This document shows positions 37,901 to 52,500 of a stretch of DNA of 64,000 bases, piece after piece (position 1 is the stretch's first letter; each line of letters opens with the position of its first letter). The notes beneath the pieces are model-generated. The model did no database searches and had not been told where the DNA came from. It saw only the letters and a list, made by a program, of their open reading frames with translations. The stretch covers positions 250,170,001 through 250,234,000 of the forward strand of contig OZ024741.1 of NCBI GenBank assembly GCA_964016885.1, given 5' to 3'. This DNA comes from Eledone cirrhosa. Taxonomy: Eukaryota. The position numbers were made by a program, and so were the translations under genes.

Positions 37901-40900
37901 TTTGTAAAAAAAAATCAGGGGGAGATAATTTGTAAAAAAAAATCAGGGGGAGATAATTTGTAAAAAAAATCAAGGGGAGATAATTTGTAAAAAAAAATCA
38001 GGGGTAGATAATTTGTAAAAAAAAATCAGGGGGAGATAATTTGTAAAAAAAAAATCAGGGGGAGATAATTTGTAAAAAAATCAAGGGGAGATAATTTCCA
38101 GCCGTCCAAGGGGAGATAATTTTCAGCCGTCCAAGGAGAGGTAATTTCTAGCCGTCCAAGGGGAGATAATTTCCAGCCAGCCAAGGGGAGATAATTTGTA
38201 AAAAAATCAGGGGTAGATAATTTGTAAAAAAAAATCAGGGGGAGATAATTTGTAAAAAAAATCAGGGGGAGATAATTTGTAAAAAAAATCAGGGGTAGAT
38301 AATTTCCAGCCGTCCAAGGGGAGATAATTTCCATCCTTCCAAGGGGAGATAATTTCCAGCCGTCCAAGGGGAGATAATTTCCCGCCAGCCAAGGAGAGAT
38401 AACATTTAAAAAAATCAGGCGGAGATAATTTGTAAAAAAAATCAGGGGGAGATAATTTGTAAAAAAATCAGGGGGAGATAATTTGTAAAAAAAATCAGGG
38501 GTAGATAATTTCCAGCCGTCCAAGGGGAGATAATTTCCATCCTTCCAAGGGGAGATAATTTCCAGCCGTCCAAGGGGAGATAATTTCCCGCCAGCCAAGG
38601 AGAGATAATATTTAAAAAAATCAGGGGGAGATAATTTGTAAAAAAAAATCAGGGGTAGATAATTTGTAAAAAAAAATCAGGGGGAGATAATTTGTAAAAT
38701 AAAAATCAGGGGGAGATAATTTGTAAAAAAATCAAGGGGAGATAATTTCCAGCCGTCCAAGGGGAGATAATTTTCAGCCGTCCAAGGAGGTAATTTCTAG
38801 CCGTCCAAGGGGAGATAATTTCCAGCCGTCCAAGGGGAGATAATTTTTTTAAAAAAATCAGGCGGAGATAATTTGTAAACAAAAATCAGGGGGAGATAAT
38901 TTGTAAAAAAAAATCAGGGGGAGATAATTTGTAAAAAAAAATCAGGGGGAGATAATTTGTAAAAAAAATCAAGGGGAGATAATTTCCAGCCGTCCAAGGG
39001 GAGGTAATATCTAGCCATCCAAGGGGAGATAATTTCCAGCCGTCCAAGCGGAGATAATTTCCAGCCGTCCAAGGGGAGATAATATCCAGCCGTCCAAGGA
39101 GACATATTTTCCAGCCGTCTAAGGAGAAGTAATTTCTAGCCGTCCAAGGGGAGATAAGTTCCAGCCTCCAAGGGGAGATAATTTCCAGCCAGCCAAGGGG
39201 AGATAATTTGTAAAAAAATCAGGGGGAGATAATTTGTAAAAAAAAAATCAGGGGGAGATAATTTGTAAAAAAATCAGGGGGAGATAATTTGTAAAAAAAA
39301 AATCAGGGGGAGATAATTTGTAAAAAAAATCAGGGGGAGATAATTTGTAGAAAAAATCAGGGGTAGATTTGCAAAAAAATCAGGGGGAGATAATTTGTAA
39401 AAAAAATCAGGGGGAGATAATTTGTAAAAAAAATCAGGGGTAGATAATTTTCAGCCGTCCAAGGGGAGATAATTTCCATCCTTCCAAGGGGAGATAATTT
39501 CCAGCCGTCCAAGGGGAGATAATTTCCCGCCAGCCAAGGACAGATAACATTTAAAAAAATCAGGCGGAGATAATTTGTAAAAAAATCAGGGGGAGATAAT
39601 TTGTAAAAAAATCAGGGGGAGATAATTTGTAAAAAAAATCAGGGGTAGATAATTTCCAGCCGTCCAAGGGGAGATAATTTCCATCCTTCCAAGGGGAGAT
39701 AATTCCCAGCCGTCCAAGGGGAGATAATTTCCCGCCAGCCAAGGAGAGATAATATTTAAAAAAATCAGGCGGAGATAATTTGTAAAGAAAATCAGGGGGA
39801 GATAATTTGTAAAAAAATCAGGGGGAGATAATTTGTAAAAAAAAATCAGGGGGAGATAATTTGTAAAAAAAATCAGGGGGAGATAATTTGTAAAAAAAAT
39901 CAGGGGTAGATAATTTGTAAAAAAAAATCAGGGGGAGATAATTTGTAAAAAAAAAATCAGGGGGAGATAATTTGTAAAAAAATCAAGGGGAGATAATTTC
40001 CAGCCGTCCAAGGGGAGATAATTTTCAGCCGTCCAAGGAGAGGTAATTTCTAGCCGTCCAAGGGGAGATAATTTCCAGCCGTCCAAGGGGAGATAATTTT
40101 TTTTTAAAAATCAGGCGGAGATAATTTGTAAACAAAAATCAGGGGGAGATAATTTGTAAAAAAAAATCAGGGGGAGATAATTTGTAAAAAAAATCAAGGG
40201 GAGATAATTTCCAGCCGTCCAAGGGGAGGTAATATCTAGCCATCCAAGGGGAGATAATTTCCAGCCGTCCAAGGGGAGATAATTTCCAGCCGTCCAAGGG
40301 GAGATAATATCCAGCCGTCCAAGGAGACATATTTTCCAGCCGTCCAAGGAGACGTAATTTCTAGCCGTCCAAGGGGAGATAAGTTCCAGCCTCCAAGGGG
40401 AGATAATTTCCAGCCAGCCAAGGGGAGATAATTTGTAAAAAAATTAGGGGGAGATAATTTGTAAAAAAAAATTAGGGGGAGATAATTTGTAAAAAAAAAT
40501 CAGGGGGAGATAATTTGTAAAAAAAAATCAGGGGGAGATAATTTGTAAAAAAAATCAAGGGGAGATAATTTCCAGCCGTCCAAGGGGAGATAATTTTCAG
40601 CCGTCCAAGGAGAGGTAAATTCTAGCCGTCCAAGGAGATATAATTTCCAGCCGTCCAAGGGGAGATAATTTCCAGCCGTCCAAGGGGAGATAATTTTAAA
40701 AAAAAAATCAGGGGGAGATAATTTGTAAAAAAAAATCAGGGGGAGATAATTTTTAAAAAAAAATCAGGGGGAGATAATTTGTAAAAAAAAATCAGGGGGA
40801 GATAATTTGTAAAAAAAATCAAGGGGAGATAATTTCCAGCCGTCCAAGGGGAGGTAATATCTAGCCATCCAAGGGGAGATAATTTCCAGCCGTCCAAGGG

Positions 40901-43900
40901 GAGATAATTTCCAGCCGTCCAAGGGGAGATAATATCCAGCCGTCCAAGGAGACATATTTTCCAGCCGTCCAAGGAGAGGTAATTTCTAGCCGTCCAAGGG
41001 GAGATAAGTTCCAGCCTCCAAGGGGAGATAATTTCCAGCCAGCCAAGGGGAGATAATTTGTAAAAAAATCAGGGGGGAGATAATTTGTAAAAAAAATCAG
41101 GGGGAGATAATTTGAAAAAAAAATCAGGGGGAGATAATTTGTAAAAAATATCAAGGGGAGATAATTTCCAGCCCTCCAAGGGGCTATAATTTCCAGCCGT
41201 GCAAGAGGAGATAATTTCCAGCCGTCCAAGGGGAGATAATTTCCATCCTTCCAAGGGGAGATAATTTCCAGCCGTCCAAGGGGAGATAATTTCCCGCCAG
41301 CCAAGGGAAGATAATTTTTTAAAAAATCAGGCGGAGATTGTAAAAAAAATCAGGGGGAGATAATTTGTAAAAAAATCAGGGGGAGATAATTTGTAAAAAA
41401 AAAATCAGGGGGAGATAATTTGTAAAAAAAAATCAGGGGGAGATAATTTGTAAAAAAAATCAGGGGGAGATAATTTGTAAAAAAAATCAGGGGTAGATAA
41501 TTTGTAAAAAAAATCAGGGGGAGATAATTTGTAAAAAAAATCAGGGGGAGATAATTTGTAAAAAAAATCAGGGGTAGATAATTTTCAGCCGTCCAAGGGG
41601 AGATAATTTCCATCCTTCCAAGGGGAGATAATTTCCAGCCGTCCAAGGGGAGATAATTTCCCGCCAGCCAAGGAGAGATAACATTTAAAAAAATCAGGCG
41701 GAGATAATTTGTAAAAAAATCAGGAGGAGATAATTTGTAAAAAAAATCAGGGGTAGATAATTTCCAGCCGTCCAAGGGGAGATAATTTCCATCCTTCCAA
41801 GGGGAGATAATTTCCAGCCGTCCAAGGGGAGATAATTTCCCGCCAGCCAAGGAGAGATAATATTTAAAAAAATCAGGCGGAGATAATTTGTAAAAAAAAT
41901 CAGGGGGAGATAATTTGTAAAAAAATCAGGGGTAGATAATTTGTAAAAAAAAATCAGGGGGAGATAATTTGTAAAAAAAAATCAGGGAGAGATAATTTGT
42001 AAAAAAAAATCAGGGGTAGATAATTTGTAAAAAAAAATCAGGGGGAGATAATTTGTAAAAAAAAAATCAGGGGGAGATAATTTGTAAAAAAATCAAGGGG
42101 AGATAATTTCCAGCCGTCCAAGGGGAGATAATTTTCAGCCGTCCAAGGAGAGGTAATTTCTAGCCGTTCAAGGGGAGATAATTTCCAGCCGTCCAAGGGG
42201 AGATAATTTTTTTAAAAAAATCAGGCGGAGATAATTTGTAAACAAAAATCAGGGGGAGATAATTTGTAAAAAAAAATCAGGGGGAGATAATTTGTAAAAA
42301 AAAATCAGGGGGAGATAATTTGTAAAAAAAATCAAGGGGAGATAATTTGTAAAAAAAAATCAGGGGTAGATAATTTGTAAAAAAAAATCAGGGGGAGATA
42401 ATTTGTAAAAAAAAAATCAGGGGGAGATAATTTGTAAAAAAATCAAGGGGAGATAATTTCCAGCCGTCCAAGGGGAGATAATTTTCAGCCGTCCAAGGAG
42501 AGGTAATTTCTAGCCGTCCAAGGGGAGATAATTTCCAGCCAGCCAAGGGGAGATAATTTGTAAAAAAATCAGGGGTAGATAATTTGTAAAAAAAAATCAG
42601 GGGGAGATAATTTGTAAAAAAAATCAGGGGGAGATAATTTGTAAAAAAAATCAGGGGTAGATAATTTCCAGCCGTCCAAGGGGAGATAATTTCCATCCTT
42701 CCAAGGGGAGATAATTTCCAGCCGTCCAAGGGGAGATAATTTCCCGCCAGCCAAGGAGAGATAACATTTAAAAAAATCAGGCGGAGATAATTTGTAAAAA
42801 AAATCAGGGGGAGATAATTTGTAAAAAAATCAGGGGGAGATAATTTGTAAAAAAAATCAGGGGTAGATAATTTCCAGCCGTCCAAGGGGAGATAATTTCC
42901 ATCCTTCCAAGGGGAGATAATTTCCAGCCGTCCAAGGGGAGATAATTTCCCGCCAGCCAAGGAGAGATAATATTTAAAAAAATCAGGCGGAGATAATTTG
43001 TAAAAAAAATCAGGGGGAGATAATTTGTAAAAAAATCAGGGGGAGATAATTTTTAAAAAAAAATCAGGGGAGATAATTTGTAAAAAAAATCAGGGGGAGA
43101 TAATTTGTAAAAAAAAATCAGGGGTAGATAATTTGTAAAAAAAAATCAGGGGGAGATAATTTGTAAAATAAAAATCAGGGGGAGATAATTTGTAAAAAAA
43201 TCAAGGGGAGATAATTTCCAGCCGTCCAAGGGGAGATAATTTTCAGCCGTCCAAGGAGGTAATTTCTAGCCGTCCAAGGGGAGATAATTTCCAGCCGTCC
43301 AAGGGGAGATAATTTTTTTAAAAAAATCAGGCGGAGATAATTTGTAAACAAAAATCAGGGGGAGATAATTTGTAAAAAAAAATCAGGGGGAGATAATTTG
43401 TAAAAAAAAATCAGGGGGAGATAATTTGTAAAAAAAATCAAGGGGAGATAATTTCCAGCCGTCCAAGGGGAGGTAATATCTAGCCATCCAAGGGGAGATA
43501 ATTTCCAGCCGTCCAAGCGGAGATAATTTCCAGCCGTCCAAGGGGAGATAATATCCAGCCGTCCAAGGAGACATATTTTCCAGCCGTCTAAGGAGAAGTA
43601 ATTTCTAGCCGTCCAAGGGGAGATAAGTTCCAGCCTCCAAGGGGAGATAATTTCCAGCCAGCCAAGGGGAGATAATTTGTAAAAAAATCAGGGGGAGATA
43701 ATTTGTAAAAAAAAAATCAGGGGGAGATAATTTGTAAAAAAATCAGGGGGAGATAATTTGTAAAAAAAAAATCAGGGGGAGATAATTTGTAAAAAAAATC
43801 AGGGGGAGATAATTTGTAGAAAAAATCAGGGGTAGATTTGCAAAAAAATCAGGGGGAGATAATTTGTAAAAAAAATCAGGGGGAGATAATTTGTAAAAAA

Positions 43901-46599
43901 AATCAGGGGTAGATAATTTTCAGCCGTCCAAGGGGAGATAATTTCCATCCTTCCAAGGGGAGATAATTTCCAGCCGTCCAAGGGGAGATAATTTCCCGCC
44001 AGCCAAGGACAGATAACATTTAAAAAAATCAGGCGGAGATAATTTGTAAAAAAATCAGGGGGAGATAATTTGTAAAAAAATCAGGGGGAGATAATTTGTA
44101 AAAAAAATCAGGGGTAGATAATTTCCAGCCGTCCAAGGGGAGATAATTTCCATCCTTCCAAGGGGAGATAATTCCCAGCCGTCCAAGGGGAGATAATTTC
44201 CCGCCAGCCAAGGAGAGATAATATTTAAAAAAATCAGGCGGAGATAATTTGTAAAGAAAATCAGGGGGAGATAATTTGTAAAAAAATCAGGGGGAGATAA
44301 TTTGTAAAAAAAAATCAGGGGGAGATAATTTGTAAAAAAAATCAGGGGGAGATAATTTGTAAAAAAAATCAGGGGTAGATAATTTGTAAAAAAAAATCAG
44401 GGGGAGATAATTTGTAAAAAAAAAATCAGGGGGAGATAATTTGTAAAAAAATCAAGGGGAGATAATTTCCAGCCGTCCAAGGGGAGATAATTTTCAGCCG
44501 TCCAAGGAGAGGTAATTTCTAGCCGTCCAAGGGGAGATAATTTCCAGCCGTCCAAGGGGAGATAATTTTTTTTTAAAAATCAGGCGGAGATAATTTGTAA
44601 ACAAAAATCAGGGGGAGATAATTTGTAAAAAAAAATCAGGGGGAGATAATTTGTAAAAAAAAATCAGGGGGAGATAATTTGTAAAAAAAATCAAGGGGAG
44701 ATAATTTCCAGCCGTCCAAGGGGAGGTAATATCTAGCCATCCAAGGGGAGATAATTTCCAGCCGTCCAAGGGGAGATAATTTCCAGCCGTCCAAGGGGAG
44801 ATAATATCCAGCCGTCCATGGAGACATATTTTCCAGCCGTCCAAGGAGAGGTAATTTCTAGCCGTCCAAGGGGAGATAAGTTCCTGCCTCCAAGGGGAGA
44901 TAATTTCCAGCCAGCCAAGGGGAGATAATTTGTAAAAAAATCAGGGGGAGATAATTTGTAAAAAAAAAATCAGGGGGAGATAATTTGTAAAAAAATCAGG
45001 GGGAGATAATTTGTAAAAAAAAAATCAGGGGGAGATAATTTGTAAAAAAAATCAGGGGTAGATAATTTGTAAAAAAAATCAGGGGGAGATAATTTGTAAA
45101 AAAAAAATCAGGGGGAGATAATTTGTAAAAAAATCAAGGGGAGATAATTTCCAGCCGTCCAAGGGGAGATAATTTTCAGCCGTCCAAGGAGAGGTAATTT
45201 CTAGCCGTCCAAGGGGAGATAATTTCCAGCCGTCCAAGGGGAGATAATTTTTTTTTAAAAATCAGGCGGAGATAATTTGTAAACAAAAATCAGGGGGAGA
45301 TAATTTGTAAAAAAAAATCAGGGGGAGATAATTTGTAAAAAAAAATCAGGGGGAGATAATTTGTAAAAAAAATCAAGGGGAGATAATTTCCAGCCGTCCA
45401 AGGGGAGGTAATATCTAGCCATCCAAGGGGAGATAATTTCCAGCCGTCCAAGGGGAGATAATTTCCAGCCGTCCAAGGGGAGATAATATCCAGCCGTCCA
45501 AGGAGACATATTTTCCAGCCGTCCAAGGAGAGGTAATTTCTAGCCGTCCAAGGGGAGATAAGTTCCTGCCTCCAAGGGGAGATAATTTCCAGCCAGCCAA
45601 GGGGAGATAATTTGTAAAAAAATCAGGGGGAGATAATTTGTAAAAAAAAAATCAGGGGGAGATAATTTGTAAAAAAATCAGGGGGAGATAATTTGTAAAA
45701 AAAATCAGGGGGAGATAATTTGTAAAAAAAATCAGGGGTAGATAATTTGTAAAAAAAATCAGGGGGAGATAATTTGTAAAAAAAATCAGGGGGAGATAAT
45801 TTGTAAAAAAAACAGGGGTAGATAATTTTCAGCCCTCCAAGGGGAGATAATTTCCATCCTTCCAAGGTGAGATAATTTCCATCCGTCCAAGGGGAGATAA
45901 TTTCCCGCCAGCCAAGGAGAGATAACATTTAAAAAAATCAGGTGGAGATAATTTGTAAAAAAAATCAGGGGGGGATAATTTGTAAAAAAATCAGGGGGAG
46001 ATAATTTGTAAAAAAAATCAGGGGTAGATAATTTCCAGCCGTCCAAGGGGAGATAATTTCCATCCTTCCAAGGGGAGATAATTTCCAGCCGTCCAAGGGG
46101 AGATAATTTCCCGCCAGCCAAGGAGAGATAATATTTAAAAAAATCAGGCGGAGATAATTTGTAAAGAAAATCAGGGGGAGATAATTTGTAAAAAAATCAG
46201 GGGGAGATAATTTGTAAAAAAAAATCAGGGGGAGATAATTTGTAAAAAAAATCAGGGGGAGATAATTTGTAAAAAAAATCAGGGGTAGATAATTTGTAAA
46301 AAAAAATCAGGGGGAGATAATTTGTAAAAAAAAAATCAGGGGGAGATAATTTGTAAAAAAATCAAGGGGAGATAATTTCCAGCCGTCCAAGGGGAGATAA
46401 TTTTCAGCCGTCCAAGGAGAGGTAATTTCTAGCCGTCCAAGGGGAGATAATTTCCAGCCGTCCAAGGGGAGATAATTTTTTTTTAAAAATCAGGCGGAGA
46501 TAATTTGTAAACAAAAATCAGGGGGAGATAATTTGTAAAAAAAAATCAGGGGGAGATAATTTGTAAAAAAAATCAGGGGGAGATAATTTGTAAAAAAAA
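30413..46599 (+). repeat. HOR copy 4 (16,187 bp; reference unit plus an internal duplication of about 4.36 kb)
   Basis: Offset 30455/46642 = 16,187. This matches 11,826 + 4,362 to within 1 bp. Confidence 0.85.
35790..44620 (+). repeat. Recent tandem duplication, 4,362 + 4,469 bp
   Basis: The offset is 4,362 (35874/40236, 36499/40861, 38026/42388) and then 4,469 (38914/43383, 39560/44029). Both copies share aaggagaagt (39121, 43590) and loss of gcgg/aaacaaaa after X' (36345, 40705). Confidence 0.88.
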
Positions 46600-49500
46600 T
46601 CAAGGGGAGATAATTTCCAGCCGTCCAAGGGGAGGTAATATCTAGCCATCCAAGGGGAGATAATTTCCAGCCGTCCAAGGGGAGATAATTTCCAGCCGTC
46701 CAAGGGGAGATAATATCCAGCCGTCCAAGGAGACATATTTTCCAGCCGTCCAAGGAGAGGTAATTTCTAGCCGTCCAAGGGGAGATAAGTTCCTGCCTCC
46801 AAGGGGAGATAATTTCCAGCCAGCCAAGGGGAGATAATTTGTAAAAAAATCAGGGGGAGATAATTTGTAAAAAAAAAATCAGGGGGAGATAATTTGTAAA
46901 AAAATCAGGGGGAGATAATTTGTAAAAAAAAAATCAGGGGGAGATAATTTGTAAAAAAAATCAGGGGGAGATAATTTGTAAAAAAAATCAGGGGTAGATA
47001 ATTTGTAAAAAAAATCAGGGGGAGATAATTTGTAAAAAAAATCAGGGGGAGATAATTTGTAAAAAAAACAGGGGTAGATAATTTTCAGCCCTCCAAGGGG
47101 AGATAATTTCCATCCTTCCAAGGGGAGATAATTTCCAGCCGTCCAAGGGGAGATAATTTCCCGCCAGCCAAGGAGAGATAACATTTAAAAAAATCAGGCG
47201 GAGATAATTTGTAAAAAAAATCAGGGGGGGATAATTTGTAAAAAAATCAGGGGGAGATAATTTGTAAAAAAAATCAGGGGTAGATAATTTCCAGCCGTCC
47301 AAGGGGAGATAATTTCCATCCTTCCAAGGGGAGATAATTTCCAGCCGTCCAAGGGGAGATAATTTCCCGCCAGCCAAGGAGAGATAATATTTAAAAAAAT
47401 CAGGCGGAGATAATTTGTAAAAAAAATCAGGGGGAGATAATTTGTAAAAAAATCAGGGGGAGATAATTTGTAAAAAAAATCAGAGGGAGATAATTTGTAA
47501 AAAAAATCAGGGGGAGATAATTTGTAAAAAAAAATCAGGGGTAGATAATTTGTAAAAAAAAATCAGGGGGAGATAATTTGTAAAAAAAAATCAGGGGGAG
47601 ATAATTTGTAAAAAAATCAAGGGGAGATAATTTCCAGCCGTCCAAGGGGAGATAATTTTCAGCCGTCCAAGGAGAGGTAATTTCTAGCCGTCCAAGGGGA
47701 GATAATTTCCAGCCGTTCAAGGGGAGATAATTTTTTTAAAAAAATCAGGCGGAGATAATTTGTAAACAAAAATCAGGGGGAGATAATTTGTAAAAAAAAA
47801 TCAGGGGGAGATAATTTGTAAAAAAAAATCAGGGGGAGATAATTTGTAAAAAAAATCAAGGGGAGATAATTTCCAGCCGTCCAAGGTGAGGTAATATCTA
47901 GCCATCCAAGGGGAGATAATTTCCAGCCGTCCAAGGGGAGATAATTTCCAGCCGTCCAAGGGGAGATAATATCCAGCCGTCCAAGGAGACATATTTTCCA
48001 GCCGTCCAAGGAGACGTAATTTCTAGCCGTCCAAGGGGAGATAAGTTCCAGCCTCCAAGGGGAGATAATTTCCAGCCAGCCAAGGGGAGATAATTTGTAA
48101 AAAAATTAGGGGGAGATAATTTGTAAAAAAAAATTAGGGGGAGATAATTTGTAAAAAAAAATCAGGGGGAGATAATTTGTAAAAAAAAATCAGGGGGAGA
48201 TAATTTGTAAAAAAAATCAAGGGGAGATAATTTCCAGCCGTCCAAGGGGAGATAATTTTCAGCCGTCCAAGGAGAGGTAAATTCTAGCCGTACAAGGAGA
48301 TATAATTTCCAGCCGTCCAAGGGGAGATAATTTCCAGCCCTCCAAGGGGCTATAATTTCCAGCCGTGCAAGGGGAGATAATTTCCAGCCGTCCAAGGGGA
48401 GATAATTTCCATCCTTCCAAGGGGAGATAATTTCCAGCCGTCCAAGGGGAGATAATTTCCCGCCAGCCAAGGGAAGATAATTTTTTAAAAAATCAGGCGG
48501 AGATTGTAAAAAAAATCAGGGGGAGATAATTTGTAAAAAAATCAGGGGGAGATAATTTGTAAAAAAAAAATCAGGGGGAGATAATTTGTAAAAAAAAATC
48601 AGGGGGAGATAATTTGTAAAAAAAATCAGGGGGAGATAATTTGTAAAAAAAATCAGGGGTAGATAATTTGTAAAAAAAATCAGGGGGAGATAATTTGTAA
48701 AAAAAATCAGGGGGAGATAATTTGTAAAAAAAATCAGGGGTAGATAATTTTCAGCCGTCCAAGGGGAGATAATTTCCATCCTTCCAAGGGGAGATAATTT
48801 CCAGCCGTCCAAGGGGAGATAATTTCCCGCCAGCCAAGGAGAGATAACATTAAAAAAAATCAGGCGGAGATAATTTGTAAAAAAATCAGGGGGAGATAAT
48901 TTGTAAAAAAAATCAGGGGTAGATAATTTTCAGCCGTCCAAGGGGAGATAATTTCCATCCTTCCAAGGGGAGATAATTTCCAGCCGTCCAAGGGGAGATA
49001 ATTTCCCGCCAGCCAAGGAGAGATAACATTTAAAAAAATCAGGGGGAGATAATTTGTAAAAAAAAATCAGGGGGAGATAATTCGTAAAAAAAAATCAGGG
49101 GGAGATAATTTGTAAAAAAAAATCAGGGGTAGATAATTTGTAAAAAAAAATCAGGGGGAGATAATTTGTAAAAAAAAAATCAGGGGGAGATAATTTGTAA
49201 AAAAATCAAGGGGAGATAATTTCCAGCCGTCCAAGGGGAGATAATTTTCAGCCGTCCAAGGAGAGGTAATTTCTAGCCGTCCAAGGGGAGATAATTTCCA
49301 GCCGTCCAAGGGGAGATAATTTTTTTAAAAAAATCAGGCGGAGATAATTTGTAAAAAAAAATCAGGGGGAGATAATTTGTAAAAAAAAATCAGGGGGAGA
49401 TAATTTGTAAAAAAAATCAAGGGGAGATAATTTGTAAAAAAAAATCAGGGGTAGATAATTTGTAAAAAAAAATCAGGGGGAGATAATTTGTAAAAAAAAA

Positions 49501-52500
49501 ATCAGGGGGAGATAATTTGTAAAAAAATCAAGGGGAGATAATTTCCAGCCGTCCAAGGGGAGATAATTTTCAGCCGTCCAAGGAGAGGTAATTTCTAGCC
49601 GTCCAAGGGGAGATAATTTCCAGCCAGCCAAGGGGAGATAATTTGTAAAAAAATCAGGGGTAGATAATTTGTAAAAAAAAATCAGGGGGAGATAATTTGT
49701 AAAAAAAATCAGGGGGAGATAATTTGTAAAAAAAATCAGGGGTAGATAATTTACAGCCGTCCAAGGGGAGATAATTTCCATCCTTCCAAGGGGAGATAAT
49801 TTCCAGCCGTCCAAGGGGAGATAATTTCCCGCCAGCCAAGGAGAGATAACATTTAAAAAAATTAGGCGGAGATAATTTGTAAAAAAAATCAGGGGGAGAT
49901 AATTTGTAAAAAAATCAGGGGGAGATAATTTGTAAAAAAAAAATCAGGGGGAGATAATTTGTCAAAAAATCAAGGGGAGATAATTTCCAGCCGTCCAAGG
50001 GGAGATAATTTTCAGCCGTCCAAGGAGGTAATTTCTAGCCGTCCAAGGGGAGATAATTTCCAGCCGTCCAAGGGGAGATAATTTTTTTTTAAAAATCAGG
50101 CGGAGATAATTTGTAAACAAAAATCAGGGGGAGATAATTTGTAAAAAAAAATCAGGGGGAGATAATTTGTAAAAAAAAATCAGGGGGAGATAATTTGTAA
50201 AAAAAATCAAGGGGAGATAATTTCCAGCCGTCCAAGGGGAGGTAATATCTAGCCATCCAAGGGGAGATAATTTCCAGCCGTCCAAGGGTAGATAATTTCC
50301 AGCCGTCCAAGGGGAGATAATATCCAGCCGTCCAAGGAGACATATTTTCCAGCCGTCCAAGGAGAGGTAATTTCTAGCCGTCCAAGGGGAGATAAGTTCC
50401 AGCCTCGAAGGGGAGAAAATTTCCAGCCAGCCAAGGGGAGATAATTTGTAAAAAAATCAGGGGGAGATAATTTGTAAAAAAAAAATCAGGGGGAGATAAT
50501 TTGTAAAAAAATCAGGGGGAGATAATTTGTAAAAAAAAAATCAGGGGGAGATAATTTGTAAAAAAAATCAGGGGGAGATAATTTGTAAAAAAAATCAGGG
50601 GTAGATAATTTGTAAAAAAAATCAGGGGGAGATAATTTGTAAAAAAAATCAGGAGATAATTTGTAAAAAAAATCAGGGGTAGATAATTTTCAGCCGTCCA
50701 AGGGGAGATAATTTCCATCCTTCCAAGGGGAGATAATTTCCAGCCGTCCAAGGGGAGATAATTTCCCGCCAGCCAAGGAGAGATAACATTTAAAAAAATC
50801 AGGCGGAGATAATTTGTAAAAAAATCAGGGGGAGATAATTTGTAAAAAAAAATCAGGGGGAGATAATTTGTAAAAAAAAATCAGGGGTAGATAATTTGTA
50901 AAAAAAAATCAGGGGGAGATAATTTGTAAAAAAAAATCAGGGGGAGATAATTTGTAAAATAATCAAGGGGAGATAATTTCCAGCCGTCCAAGGGGAGATA
51001 ATTTTCAGCCGTCCAAGGAGAGGTAATTTCTAGCCGTCCAAGGGGAGATAATTTCCAGCCGTCCAAGGGGAGATAATTTTTTAAAAAAAATCAGGCGGAG
51101 ATAATTTGTAAACAAAAATCAGGGGGAGATAATTTGTAAAAAAAAATCAGGGGGAGATAATTTGTAAAAAAAATCAAGGGGAGATAATTTCCAGCCGTCC
51201 AAGGGGAGGTAATATCTAGCCATCCAAGGGGAGATAATTTCCAGCCGTCCAAGGGGAGATAATTTCCAGCCGTCCAAGGGGAGATAATATCCAGCCGTCC
51301 AAGGAGACATATTTTCCAGCCGTCCAAGGAGACGTAATTTCTAGCCGTCCAAGGGGAGATAAGTTCCAGCCTCCAAGGGGAGATAATTTCCAGCCAGCCA
51401 AGGGGAGATAATTTGTAAAAAAATTAGGGGGAGATAATTTGTAAAAAAAAATCAGGAGGAGATAATTTGTAAAAAAAAATCAGGGGGAGATAATTTGTAA
51501 AAAAAATCAAGGGGAGATAATTTCCAGCCGTCCAAGGGGAGATAATTTTCAGCCGTCCAAGGAGAGGTAAATTCTAGCCGTCCAAGGGGATATAATTTCC
51601 AGCCGTCCAAGGGGAGATAATTTCCAGCCGTCCAAGGGGAGATAATTTTTAAAAAAAAATCAGGCGGAGATAATTTGTAAACAAAAATCAGGGGGAGATA
51701 ATTTTTAAAAAAAAATCAGGGGGAGATAATTTGTAAAAAAAAATCAGGGGGAGATAATTTGTAAAAAAAATCAAGGGGAGATAATTTCCAGCCGTCCAAG
51801 GGGAGGTAATATCTAGCCATCCAAGGGGAGATAATTTCCAGCCGTCCAAGGGGAGATAATTTCCAGCCGTCCAAGGGGAGATAATATCCAGCCGTCCAAG
51901 GAGAGGTAATTTCTAGCCGTCCAAGGGGAGATAAGTTCCAGCCTCCAAGGGGAGATAATTTCCAGCCAGCCAAGGGGAGATAATTTGTAAAAAAATCAGG
52001 GGGGAGATAATTTGTAAAAAAAATCAGGGGAGATAATTTGAAAAAAAAATCAGGGGGAGATAATTTGTAAAAAAAATCAAGGGGAGATAATTTCCAGCCG
52101 TCCAAGGGGAGGTAATATCTAGCCATCCAAGGGGAGATAATTTCCAGCCCTCCAAGGGGCTATAATTTCCAGCCGTGCAAGGGGAGATAATTTCCAGCCG
52201 TCCAAGGGGAGATAATTTCCATCCTTCCAAGGGGAGATAATTTCCAGCCGTCCAAGGGGAGATAATTTCCCGCCAGCCAAGGGAAGATAATTTTTTAAAA
52301 AATCAGGCGGAGATTGTAAAAAAAATCAGGGGGAGATAATTTGTAAAAAAATCAGGGGGAGATAATTTGTAAAAAAAAAATCAGGGGGAGATAATTTGTA
52401 AAACAAAATCAGGGGGAGATAATTTGTAAAAAAAATCAGGGGGAGATAATTTGTAAAAAAAATCAGGGGTAGATAATTTGTAAAGAAAATCAGGGGTAGA

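Noticed and set aside
45935-45950. CpG decay as evidence of methylation (ggcgg>ggtgg at ~45941; ccgtcc>ccatcc in Y)
   Set aside because: Only a couple of independent events were seen, and most CpGs are intact. This is insufficient to infer methylation status.
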